From Selaginella moellendorffii (taxonomy: Eukaryota; Plantae; Lycopodiophyta): DNA of 64,000 bases. Below are positions 46,750 through 59,206 of this stretch, piece after piece; position 1 is the stretch's first letter, and every line of letters begins with the position of its first letter. The stretch is taken from assembly GCF_000143415.4 (NCBI RefSeq), contig NW_003314358.1:192827-256826 (forward strand), read 5' to 3'. The position numbers and the translations under genes were made by a program. Under the pieces are notes generated by a model. The model searched no databases. It saw nothing but the letters and a program-made list of their open reading frames with translations, and was not told where the DNA came from.

Positions 46750-48477
46750 AATCCAAGCCCAGCAGCAGCAAAATCACGCTGCTGTCGGAGGCAAACGCAA
46801 GCGAGGCTCCACTGCAAAGGAAAGAATCAGTAAAATGCCCCCATGCACTGCGGGGAAACGAAGCTCGATCTACCGTGGCGTCACAAGGTAGCGAGAACAA
46901 AAAAGATGGATTGCTCAAAGCGAAGATCTAAACATCCTTCTTTTCTATCAGGCATAGATGGACTGGTCGCTATGAAGCTCATCTGTGGGACAAGGGAACT
47001 TGGAATCACACACAAAACAAAAAGGGAAAGCAAGGTATACTTCACTGTGATCTTTGTTCTTGCTTAACACTGATCTTTCTCCTCTTTCCAAAAACTTTGT
47101 ATTCGTTCGGACAGTTTATCTCGGTAAGTTGCATTTGTGGCTCGTGATCTTTGTCTAAATGGTTTCCTTCCAACCTTCCAGGAGCTTATGACGACGAAGA
47201 AGCAGCAGCGAGAGCTTACGATCTGGCAGCTCTCAAATACTGGGGACCTGGAACGCTCATCAACTTCCCTGTGAGATTTTCAAAAGCTCAAGCCATTCCA
47301 TTTGGCTTGACGATGATTTGCTCCCCCTTGCTCGCAGGTGACAGACTATACCAGAGATATCGAAGAGATGCAAAACGTTTCCAGAGAGGAGTACCTGGCC
47401 TCTCTTCGAAGGCAAGAAGAACAACGAGCGAGAGCTCCTTCTCGTCGTGAATCTCACTCGATGCCTTTGTAATTCTCCAGGAAAAGCAGTGGATTCTCGC
47501 GAGGAGTGTCAAAGTACCGCGGAGTTGCGAGGCACCACCACAACGGGCGATGGGAGGCTCGGATCGGCCGCGTGTTTGGCAACAAGTATCTCTACCTGGG
47601 AACATACAGTAAGTTTCCAACACTTCCAAGAACAAAACGAAGAACTTACACTATTGTTTCGTCCAAAGGCACGCAGGAAGAAGCTGCCACGGCCTACGAC
47701 ATGGCCGCGATCGAGTATAGAGGCCTCAATGCCGTCACGAACTTCGATCTCAGCCGATACATCCGCTGGCTGAGGCCCGGAGCACAGCAGCAGCAAGCAG
47801 CCGGAGGAGCCACCGCCAATCTCCACGAAAACCACGACTTTGGCTCCAAGGAAAACGATGCCAGTGGAGCCGAGTTTGCGGACGAGATCCTGCAAGTCGA
47901 TCGAAGCGGCAAGGATTCGTCAGTGCTGGAAAACAATGGCGGAAGCACTAGAGTGTGGCCTACTTCGCAGGCGAGCGAGCCTTACCAGCTTCCTACTCTG
48001 GGTCTCTCGAGAGCGGCGGTGGCGCAGCACAACGCTAGCAAGGCTCAAAAGAAGAACGCTCCCACGGCGCTGGGACTCCTCCTCCAGTCGAATATGTTCA
48101 GGCAAATGCTGGAGAAGACCTCCACAAACGGTGGAACCTCCGCGAACCCGGCGAGCTTGGACGATCGATCGACCTCTCCGGCTGGCGGTCAGGAGAGTGA
48201 GATCGATATGGACGAAGGAAGCCAGTACCTGGTTGCGAGCGAGGAGGTGTTTAACAATCACCACCATCAAGAAGGTGGCGGTGCTTCCTCGTCTTCGTCT
48301 TACACTCCGTTCCAGCACGACTTTGGATTGAGCGGTCCTCCGGCTGCGCAAGAGACCGCGACTCCTGGCGGCGGTGTGGATCCAGAAGATGGTGCCGGTG
48401 CCGGATTGACGCTGTGGAGCTCGCTGGAATCCAACTTCTCGTCGCTGCCAATGACCAACGCGATCAGTACTTGCTAG
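46613..48477 (+). CDS. Double-AP2 transcription factor, SMOS1/At2g41710-like (basal ANT/WRI group)
   Basis: [38 protein letters not shown]...[13 protein letters not shown]; second repeat [20 protein letters not shown]; 9-nt VYL micro-exon 47115-47123; GC-AG intron 47412-47480; polyQ. Confidence 0.92.
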
Positions 48478-48790
48478 AACAAAAAGTGTGAAGAACACTT
48501 ACATACCTCCAATAACTTAGGAGCGAAGAAGATAGCAGCAACTTGACCAACACAGGCGTCCTCCCGTGTCCATCGGGTGGAAACTCACACAGAAAAAATT
48601 TCTTCTAACGATTCTTTGGCCCGCAGATTCTTGATCCCGCGAGCTGTGTTCTTGTGTGACTATAACTTTTACGTAGCCAAAAGTTTGGCTTGGCTTCTCA
48701 CGAAATACAATGACTGATTGAAGATTTCTAACACAGTCTGTAAAGAATGATCGAAGTCAGGCACTGATAAGAAAAGAAACCATAAAAAGC

Positions 48791-50544
48791 TTACCACAAG
48801 CCTTCGAAGCCGATGCATGAAGCGCTAGATTTGTTGCCTCTGGCACTTAAATCTTCGTTTTCCTCTTCCTCGGCGAACGAGGACTTCTTCTCAAGCTTGT
48901 TCGCGGTGTAGACATCGAGAACAATGAAAGAAGCGATGGTGATGACGTAGAACAGCAAGCTAAAGCCAAGCAGCGCCTTAAACCACGAGCAACTCATAAA
49001 TCTCTGCTTGAACATCCTCTTGTGGATCCGTCTATCCCGAGGTCTCGACCACTCGAGGTAGCAAGGCGTGAGCCAGGTTCTTCCGTGCGCCCCGCAAACG
49101 AAAACGATGACGAGCAAGTCGAGAGAAAAGTGAGCCGCGCTTGCCTTGGCGAGTCGAATTCTGAGTTGTTTGCCTGGCTGGTTGATCTGCCTTGCATGGC
49201 TCACGAGAGGATAGAGCGGCCCCAGAGTGATACTCACGTACGCGTACGAGATGATCTTTAACGCTGTTTTCCAGAAAGGCTGCTCAAAGTTTGCTTGGAT
49301 GGTCTCGGGAGCTTGATGTTGGCAATGAGGACCTGTGGCTTCTTCCTGGGCTATCCTTCCACTTTGGCTGGAAGAAGTGGGAGACCTCAAGAGAATCCAA
49401 AACGCGGTCGATGGTACGACTATCACGAGAACCAAGTAGAAGTAGTAGTAGCGAAAGGGTGACGATGAGTGGTAGAATCCCTCTTCGGTTATGACCTCGA
49501 ACGCCAGGCTTCTCACGAGCAATGCGGAGACAATGTGTAGTCCTGGATGGATCACAAGAACACCATAAGACAAAGAAAAGAAAAGTAGAATGGACAACTT
49601 ACCTCCAGCGATTCCCATGCTCGATCTTCCAAACAGCGTTGCCTTGTCCGAGGTGGTGGCCATAGCCAGGCCACCGTTGTAAGCACCCGAGAGAAACGAG
49701 GCCGCCAGAGAGAGCACGAGAATGGTCGGTGGCTTTGCTCCGGGGCCTGAGAGGTAGCCGAGCTCCGCAAAGACGTGGAACTGGAGAACAAGTTGGGGAC
49801 CCGTTTCTAGCGCTGCCGCGAGGATGTTGTACACGGCATCGATCTCGTTGGATCGCAAGTCCCTCACTCTAGAGCCAAACAAAAATTAAACTTGTCAGCT
49901 CTCAGAAAGAAAACATAGAAAAAACTTGGAACAAGCAAAGTAAAGAATCGCAATTCGCCAAAGAAAAACGAAGAAGAAAGCTTCTACTCACGTAGAAAAC
50001 GAAGACGAAAACCTTCGTGGAGTCCACAGAACTTAGAAAACTAGAACACCCAAGACAATCCGGGAGAAGTTCTCAAGGAAGAGAAAGAAGAACAAGAAGG
50101 AAAGGAAGGAACTCACCCCTGGAGTTGTCCAGTTCTAAAGATGAGCAGCGTGAGCTTCCGGAGGTAGATCACTGGCAGCAAATACGCGCATTTGACAGCC
50201 TCCTTGCTCTTGTCGAGATGGAGATAGAAAACCAGCGCATTGATCACATGAGCTATGGCCATGATCGCGACAATGCCCGGGAAGATCCCCGGGAACTCGG
50301 AGCGCGGCCCTTCCGAGTGGATCCTCACATCGCTGCTCTGGTTGTGGTACTCGAGAATGTAGTACTTCCACGCGGTGGCGATGTTGCTGCCATACTCGAA
50401 GAAGTAAGTAGCGGCGGAGAAGAGAATGGTGGCCGCCACCCACAAATCCGGGGCGTCCGAGGAGGCGCGGCTGCTCAGCGACTTGAGGAGCGCTTTGAAT
50501 GAAGATCCCGAGAGAGGAGACGATGGAAAGGAGACGACTGCCAT
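48791..50544 (-). CDS. XK-related multi-pass membrane protein (spliced)
   Basis: Several hydrophobic helices; AALETGPQLVLQ matches the XK-family E..PQ..LQ signature; middle exon structure uncertain. Confidence 0.6.
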
Positions 50545-51289
50545 AGTTCAGAGCTTCGGTTTTCTTGGCTTTCTTGCTTGCATCGATGAGAGATTCCGGA
50601 GTTTGGCTCCGGAAAAAGAATGGCGACCCAGAAGACCCTTTACACTCTTTTCACTGCCCTCTTGCTGCTTCTCTCGATCGGAGAAAGAAATCTATCCAAG
50701 GAGATGGAAGTTTGAAGCTAGAACAGAGAACGAGAAGAAACTTATCAATGCCTAGGTACCACTTCGCTTCCAAGAAGAGAAAAAAAGAAGAGTGAGAAAG
50801 CTTTCAGCTCACGGATCAAGATTTGATCGAGAGGAAGAACCAAAGACTCAAGTCCAAACTATTTCCACCTACCGCTGCCACTGCTCCCGACAGCGAAACC
50901 TTAGCGAGATTAAAGTCACGAGCTTTTTTAAAAAACAAAGATCTAGCAAAAGAAGCAAAGAAAAACCTCGTTTCTGGAAGAACTTTCAAGCGATCCACAA
51001 GGTATGAACTGACAAAAGCGTGTTCTTCTTCACGAAACTTTTGTGACTGCGGGCGACTGCGGGCGACTGCAAGACAGCAATGTGAATCATTCGCGGAACA
51101 AAACAGAATTTAAAAAACATACCATGCGAAGATGGATAATCGCGAGGTTGACTCTCGTGTTGACTTTTCAGCAAAGAATGTTCTTGCGGGAGAATCGTTT
51201 ACTCTCGTCAAGAACAAAAAATATCAGAGAAAAGAGGACCACAAACATGAACTTGAATTTAGATCCAAAGGAAAAAAAAATTAAAATTA

Positions 51290-52906
51290 CACCGACCGGG
51301 CTTGTTCTGTTGTGCCTCATCCCGTTGCCAACGCATTCTTATTCTAGATTGTCTTCGTCTTCATCTGGGAGGAACAAGCAGGAGAAACCGTGAAAACTTT
51401 CCTCTTGCCACTCTCTCGTTTTTTTTTTCTTCCTTTTTTCTACCTGCATTGGAAGAAATCCGTTTGCTGTTGCTGCTGCTGCTGCTGCTGCTGTGGCGAG
51501 TTTTTCAATTGCTGGAGCTGCTGCAATTGTTGTGGCGAGAGCTGATGATGAAAGTACTGCTGCTGTTGATGATTCATGAGCTGGTGTTGGCCGTTTTCTC
51601 CCGAGATCTGACCGGTTGCGATCTTCAATCTCTGGACCTCGTCTTTCAATGCGTCGTTTAAAGCTTTAGCAAAAGAACAAAAAAATAAAAGTTCCATGTG
51701 AGAGAGAGAGACAAAAAACATCAGCGCCAAAGCGAGAGTAAAGTAAAAAGCCTACCATCACGAAGCTGGGCTTGCTGCTCCATTGCTTGCAATCGCAACT
51801 TGAGCTCGTTGTTTTCGGTCGTGAGTCCCGCGGTGTCCCTCTAGAAATGCCAAAGATCAGGAATGGATACAGGTGAGGTGACAAACCTGTAGCATTGTCA
51901 GCTGCGCGGACAAAGTCGTAGCTTCGGTCTGGAGGGTCTGGACTTTTCTCTCCAGCTCGGAGATGTATCGCATCTTGCGTTCCTTGGAGCGAGCAGCGGA
52001 CTGTCGATTGGCAAGAATCCTGATCCACAGCGACAGCAACTTATCAGCTCCCAAAGCTTCGAACGAGAAAACTAAACCAGCAAAGGCTGACCTTTTGGCA
52101 CGCTTTGGATCGACCAAAGCCAGCTCCGCGAGCTTGGCAGCCGCGGCAGCTCGCTTCGCCTCGGCGCTCTCCACATCCAGATCGTGCTTTAGACTCGAGG
52201 ATCCATCCATGGAGTTACTGTGCTGGTGCCGGGGCCGCCTCACCGCGTCGGCATTGAATCCTTGCAACGCTCCATCCATGGACAAGCTCCGCGCGTGGTG
52301 GTGGTGGCCTGGCTGCTGGCTGCCCAGTGCCGCGACGCCGCCAGAGTCATGCTTGTTGGAGGCACCGTAAGGCGAGCTCATCTTCTCCATATCGATGTAG
52401 ATCGAGAGGAGGTCCTCGCCAACGTCGTCGGAGAGAGCCGGCATCTCGGCGAGATTGCTGGCGGCGCCACCACCTCCACCACCACCGCCACCACCACTGT
52501 TGTTAACTCCATTGTTGGTGTGGAAGTCGGAGAGAGCCTCGGGTAGCCGGAACGCTATCTCGGACTGTGCTCGCCGGTGGTGTCCAAATCTCCTCACGGG
52601 CTCGCCACTGTTGGTGGAATTGTTGGTAGCGTTGTTGTTAGCGTTGGTGTCCCGGGAAGACGATGGCGGCGAGTATTGTGGAGTGGAGCTCACGTCCTGC
52701 ATGGACAGATCCACCGAGAGAGATCGCGCCGGCCGCGAGCTGGACGCGTCGGAGCTCGTCGGCGAGGTAGCCGGCTCCATTTTCAATCCAAATCCCGGCC
52801 CTCCTCCCCGGGTATCGCCATTGCTGCCGCTCTTCCTAGCGCTGGTGGCGAAATCCGACTGGAGCCTCTCCACGAATGCCTCATAGCCATCGCCAAGCCC
52901 CTCCAT
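51290..52906 (-). CDS. Group I bZIP transcription factor (RF2a/VIP1/PosF21-like)
   Basis: [89 protein letters not shown]-rich tail; 3' end approximate. Confidence 0.92.
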
Positions 52907-53198
52907 TTGCCCTTCCTGGCCGGATTCTCACACCGACCTGGCCGGGCAACGCGATCGATTCCTAGGGATTGATTCACGCGGCAATCTATACCTCCATTGG
53001 CCGCTCCAATCGACCTAAGCTCGCTCGCCGCCGCTGCTCCATGGAATTCCCCAGCCCTAGGAGGAGCTCACCCGCGCGCATCACACTCCTCGTGATTCCC
53101 CAAAACCCTCGACGGGGAACTATTGAGAGCGTCCGTACGCGCTGGTCGTGGTACGGACAGAGTGCCAGGCTGGCGGATGAGGTGGACCACGGGGCTTA

Positions 53199-53272
53199 AT
53201 GGCACGTGTCAGGAGCGACACGTGGCAGTGGGCTTTAGCGCGCTTTTGCCCTAACCCTGGGTTTAGGGTTTT
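53199..53272. promoter_or_regulatory. Bidirectional promoter with two G-box/ABRE motifs and a telo-box-like motif
   Basis: CACGTGTC at ~53203, ACACGTGGC at ~53218 and TTAGGGTTT at ~53262, between head-to-head bZIP and Alba genes. Confidence 0.5.
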
Positions 53273-53311
53273 GGGGGAGAAGGCACGAAATTTCACGAGA
53301 GCGCGACGGCG

Positions 53312-53958
53312 ATGGCGGAGGCGGATTCTGGCGGCGCTGGAGGAGGCGCTGGCGGCGCTAGCACTGGCGCTGGTGGAGGGAGAAAGAATAGAATCCAGGT
53401 CTCCAACACGAAGAAGCCGCTGTTCTTCTATGTCAATCTCTCCAAGGTGCGTCCGCGGGTCGGGGTTTCTCTCCTTTTTCGCTGATTCTATGTTTTCCTG
53501 GGGCGCTCGGCAGCGATTCATGCAGCAATACGGGGAAGTGGAGCTCTCAGGGCTGGGAATGGGTAAAACTTTCGTTGCAATCGATTTGCCGGTTTCTTAT
53601 GGATTTGGAGATGTGAACAGCGATCGCGACCGTCGTCACAGTGGTGGAAATACTCAAGAACAACGGTCTGGCGCTCGAGAAGAGTAAGAGACTTTGATAA
53701 AAGATTTCTCCTTTCATTGCGGCCTTTTTCTCTGTAGAGATCTACACCTCGACGATTGAAATCCAGGACGAGCTTCGGGGGCGCCCAGTCCAGAAAGCAA
53801 AGGTAGCTTGCGTCCACTTCTCTTCTCAATTGGGAAAACCAAATCGTGTGCTCCAGATCGAGATTGTGCTCAAGAAGTCGGACAAATTCGACGAGCTCAT
53901 GGAGAGTGCCGCGGAAGAGAATGGTCCTGGTGCCAATCACCAGCAAACGGAAGCGTAG
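53312..53958 (+). CDS. Alba-domain DNA/RNA-binding protein (5 exons, At2g34160-like)
   Basis: Spliced reading RKNRIQVSNTKKPLFFYVNLSK|RFMQQYGEVELSGLGM|AIATVVTVVEILKNNGLALEK|KIYTST...VQKAK|IEIVLKKSDKFDELM. Confidence 0.92.
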
Positions 53959-54137
53959 CTAGCGATTTTCATCAACCGAGTGAGTAGCTAGCAAGCACGA
54001 AACGAATGTTGAGTACCTCCTTTTCCAAAGTGGTAAATTTTCTCCCAACTCAAATGTCGATCCGCGTTGTTCCATGAGGAAAACATCGTAGCGTTTCTGT
54101 CAGTCTTTAGGAAACGATCACGTCTAGGATAATGTGA

Positions 54138-54193
54138 GGAGACAGCCGGAGTCAACTAGCGACCCAAATGCTCTACCATAGAGCTATGCCTCC
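54138..54193 (-). pseudogene. tRNA-derived remnant (Cys-like) lacking most of the anticodon arm
   Basis: GGAGGCATAGCTCTATGGTAGAGCATTTG...GGTCGCTAGTTGACTCCGGCTGTCTCC; acceptor stem and D arm pair. Confidence 0.6.
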
Positions 54194-54749
54194 ATTGCCA
54201 TCTTACATGTGAATGACCACTATCCTTCCGACTAGGAGTATTAAACGTATGAATATACTATAAAACAAATTATAACATTAATTTAGTTAAGAAATAGTTC
54301 TGGTTTGTTTTAGAAAATCTATAAAGGTATAAAAAAATATTTAGAATATCTTCTAGGATATTCTTTAATTCAATTCTTTAACTTTTTCTAATAAAAGTTT
54401 AACATTAATATTCTAATATATCACTAATATAAACCATATTTACCACTCTCTTTCCTTAAATAAAGATTGAGCGATGTGATTGTGATGAGAAGATTAACAA
54501 TTATATCTAGACTGGCATTTGATGTTTATTATACTATCCTCAATCTTTATAACTTTTGAGGAAAGAATCAGAGTAATTGCAATATTTTTAGCTACTAAAG
54601 CCTAGGTTAGAGATGTAAGCACTTGCATCTATAAGTACTATAATTGGGGAGCTAAAACAATTGATTAAAAATATTCCAAATACTACTTTTTAAAAAGTTA
54701 TATTATAAAATGTTTTATAAATTTAAATTATAGTTTTATACTCCAAGTG

Positions 54750-57570
54750 TATGGTTACAATACTATATACTAATATTAGTATAATGGGATTTTGGTAGCC
54801 GTTGAATTAATTTTAATTCAGACCATTTACTCCTATATATAAATTAGGGTTTTTGGGCTAATTGATATAGACATTTCTATATTTCATTTCCATATTCCAT
54901 GCATTTACATTAGTGGAGATGAGAGGCAACATTGATTGTCCTTGATGAGTGTTTGGATTTGAAATTTTACTTTAAATCTAGCTTTTATATTGTTTAAATT
55001 TCCCTTTTCTTATAATTTTTTCAATTTTTTCTCTTTTGCTTTTTTCTTTTTTGTTCATTTTTATGGTAAAGTAGCAGCCTCTTCCTCCTTTGACTTTTGA
55101 GTAGCAATTGGTGCAATTGCTCAATGCTATATGGCTGCAATTGAACAATTAAACTTAGTTGATGGTGGTATTCATAACACGTGGTACAATTCTTTTTACT
55201 CTTGTTGTCAATCCTTAAGTTTAGCTAGAGTCCTTCCACAAGAATCCTAGGGTTGATGTGTACCATTAGTTCAATCACTTCACGGTGATTGCCACATATA
55301 ATTCTTGGGATGATGTTTGGTGTTTGTATGAATTTCCTATGTGTCTCTAAGGGATAGCATTGCAATGGTACAATGGTTTGAGTGTAGTCATTTATAAGGA
55401 TTGGAGCATTCCCTTGAACGTCTTCAAACACGCATTTGGATATGTTAACGATTATGATGATGCTTTCCAACAATTATATCATCTTTGTTAAGAGCCATTT
55501 GAGTCTATGATATAATTGGCATTTGTTTATGAAGCCTCTTGCTTTGTCCGGAGCCCAATATGTTAAAGTAGATCAATTTAGGAATGTTGTGGTCAGCACT
55601 TCATCAAGATCTTGTAGGATTTATGCATGCATTTGCTCCAGCCACCATTGACAATGCTCTTCACTTGGTATAACGTTATGAGGTGTCACTTCTTCCACTT
55701 TTTGCCACACGTCTTTCAACTCCACTTCTTATGGGAGATAGTTCTGTTCCAATAGAAGTTGATGTTACTGTTGTCTGAGTTTAAGAACAAGGGAAAAGAC
55801 ATACTTGTGGCCATGATGTCCATTGTTAGGCATGTGATGAAATTAGTCACACTTATCGGTGTTATCGGCATTTTTTGGATTGACAACCTCCATTTCTTTG
55901 GTAGAGACCTTAGCATTAACAATGTCTTGTTAGTGCTACTATAGTAGAAGGTTTAGATATTGAGGTAACCCTTCCATCTCCTTTTCGAGAGTATCATCAA
56001 GGGGTTTACTCGGCATTAGTTAATTTAGTGTTTACTTTCCAAGCTCATTCTTATAACAAAAGGTCTCCTATTATTTTCTCTGTGTTGGTTGATATAGGTT
56101 TGAGTTTATTTTCTATTGCTCGACTTATTGCCATACGTTGCTATTTACATTTATATTGTGTGGTAGAGCCAGATTTCATTCTATATGGTAATAGCTGTAC
56201 ACACACATGTGCATAGGATGAGGTATACTTAGTTGTGTGTATAGGCAATTTTGAGCTTGAGTTGTAGTTATTGCAAGTGATGTCGAGTCAAGCTTTTGAC
56301 CTCATCTTTAGTATGGATTAGTTGCAGTGCAATCATGCCAAATGTGACTTTGAAGCTTCTCCCTCTTGTCTTATACTTATATTTTTTCAATTCCTCTTAC
56401 TTTTGTTCCTCTCCATCCTTCTGCTTTTACCTTTACATCCATCACTTTTATCTCCTATTACTTCCTTTTATATTTCCATCTTGTTCCTCTATTCCCTCTT
56501 TCGATCCCTTTGACAATCTTTGTATTGTAGCGGTTGACTAGCTCATGAAGGAGTATATTAATCTCTTTGAATTTGGCCTATTGTTTGGGGCCAAGATTGC
56601 AATACGTCATTTTATTCTAACTAAGGATGCTCATCTAATCAAGATTCCTGTTGTCGTTGGTTGCCAAAAGAGATCAAAATTTTACATACAAACATCAAAG
56701 AAATGTTAGAAAAGGGTGTTATTTGAAAGTTGTAGAGTCCTTGGGTATTTGAATATTATCTTGTAATGAAACCTGATGAAAGTATTTGTTTCTATATCGA
56801 CTATTGTCTATTAAATGAAGTGATGGTCTTAGGAGTATACCCTCTTCTTCACACTGCTGATCTTTTGAATTATCTAAAGAGAAGCTATTAGTTTACCAAG
56901 TTAAATCTTGCTTTTGGGTGCTAGCAAGTGTCGAGAAAGATATTCTTAAGACTATTTTTCATATACTATTTGATTTGTACAAATTTTTAGTGATACTGTT
57001 TAGTTAGTTAATGCTCTAGCAATTTTTTAAGGGATGATAGACAAAGTTCTTTGTGATATGCTAGAAGTAACTATTGACTTCATCGATAATGTTTTGAGGG
57101 GATGCAAGAGGAACATATCCATGATGTTTATAATGTGTTGGATCGGCTATAACAAGTTAGTTTAAAGTTGAAGCAGTTGAAGTGTATGTTTGGGTCCAAA
57201 GACACAATTTATCTTGGGTACCGTATTTTTTGTAAGGGTTTGCAAGTTAATTTTGACAAACTTGTGGCTATTCTAAAATTCTCTACTCTGAAGTGTGTGA
57301 ATGATGTGTAGCCTTCCTAGGCAAAATGTAGTATCTTGGTCATTTTGTTGATCATCTTCTGATTGCACTACACTATTGCAAGTGTTGCTGAAATTATCAA
57401 TGTTGTATTTCATCTGGTTTGTGGACTATGAGCCAGTGTTTATATATCTTAAAGAGCTATTAATGACTTCTTCAATTTTGGCATATCCTAACTACATTTG
57501 ACCTTTTGTTTTGCGTGTGGATGTTTTTGATATTGGTCTTGGAAGTATATTGATGCAAAAGAGCTTGAGT
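54750..57570 (+). mobile_element. Heavily degraded Ty3/Gypsy element (leader, protease, RT, RNaseH start)
   Basis: VLVD.G, F.IDY..LN.V, LAYPNY..PFVL.VD....GLG..LMQ remnants; many stops. Confidence 0.8.
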
Positions 57571-59206
57571 ATGTCTGATTAGTGCCATATATCAATTATA
57601 CATTACAACTAGTGAAGGTTACCACTACTACATTAGCCAATTTGCTAAGTCAAATACTCATCTAGATCACATCCTCAACTTTTTAAGAAAAACCTTATAC
57701 TATTTCCAAGATCCCAAAGTCATTCCCTTACTAGCCCTTTTCTATCCACCATATTGTGTATAAGTTCATACATGAACTAGAGTGGAGAGCATTGTCCTCC
57801 CGATGCTACTCCTCAAGGATAGGCCCAATCTTTGGACCTTTCGATGCCAATACAAGTGGTGATATACTTAGCCACAAATAAAAGTCAGACTAAGGAACAA
57901 TTTTGATACCAAGTTATAAGTGATTAAATTTTCTATTTACTTTAGTCACTTAATCACACCTTTAACCATATAGAAGAGTCTCACTTATGAGCTTCATAAG
58001 TTTTATTCCCGATTTGGGGATATGCTAGCCTCGAGAATGACATCTATGCCTCTCAGCCTTTGCACTTGGTCCAAGTGCTCCACATGTCCAATCTCATGAC
58101 CAACACTTAAAGGTATTATAAACATATTAGCTTATTACGCTAAGGCTATATCCACTAATCTTTGTCACACCGGTGGTCCAAGATCACTTGCAGCATAGTC
58201 CCATCTCTCAAAGACTAGTCCATCTGTCCATGAGTGGTCATCTTATGACCACATTTTAGCATCCTTAGGATGTTAGAAGACATGAGGAACACCCTTCCCC
58301 AATGTCCCTACTTTAGTTCCCACAAAGTCCTATCCATGGCTATGTTCACCAACACTGCCACGAGGTCAAGGCTCAAAGGCCTAACCACTAAATCCCATTG
58401 TCCTTTGGGACTTCCTTACCATGTAACTGTATCCTTGGTCATTACATTAGAGGACTACTCCTCTTCCTTTCCATAATCTAGGACTTTGGAACAACATTTT
58501 GGAACACCGTACGTGAGCTTTGTGGGTACTCTCCCCACCTTTTGCCTTTGGGTGCCTTAGTTATGGGACTAAAACGAGGTTTTGTTGAGCCATTGTAGTG
58601 CACATGGTTTTGACCCTTTATCATATGGTGATTTACCATAGGATAACACCACGAAGCGGACCTGAACCTCAGGTTCCACACCACGTTCCTTTGGACATGC
58701 CACGTGTACTGTGACACATGGCATTTGTCACGTGGCACAAAGAGGGTTTAGGTTCCGCTTCGTGGTGTTATCGTATGGTAAGTCACCATAGGATAAAGGC
58801 AAAACCACGTGCGCTACAGCCATGCTACATATCCAAGTAGGTAATGCCACCCATATTTAGATTGGGAGCATTGACCATTCGATCTCCTAGGGGAGTTAGA
58901 GCTAGCTCTTGAACACTTCACCAAGCTACCTCATTTGTCTGTCTATATTCACTTTAGCCTTGGACTCCTTAATAGTTATATCATCACCCAACATGTGAGT
59001 ATAACCTTCCTTGGTCATATTAGCCTTTCCTAGCTAAACTAGCTCCATTGGAGTCCTCCCTCTACTATACTTTTGGAGCTCACCAAACCCCCTAGGGTTT
59101 AGGAGATGAATGTTTTGGGCTTTCACCCTCGAACTTGGACTCGGACTCAGATCTGGTCTCGGTCTTGTTCTCAGTCTCAGTCTAGGTCTCGGTCTCAGTC
59201 TCTTTC
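57570..59206 (-). mobile_element. Degraded family B LTR with PBS and start of the internal region
   Basis: Reverse-complement similarity to 24270-25416; PBS TGGTATCAAA at ~57902-57911 next to the LTR end. Confidence 0.8.
58594..58818. mobile_element. 225-bp fold-back mini-element made of two LTR A 3' ends
   Basis: Starts TGTAG.GCAC.TGGTTTTG and ends AAAACCACGTGCGCTACA; ~70-bp inverted arms; TSD GCCAT at 58589-58593 and 58819-58823. Confidence 0.85.

Noticed and set aside
53199-53687. ORF 53199-53687 as a gene
   Set aside because: The real gene is the spliced Alba CDS starting at 53312; this ORF only shares one exon frame.
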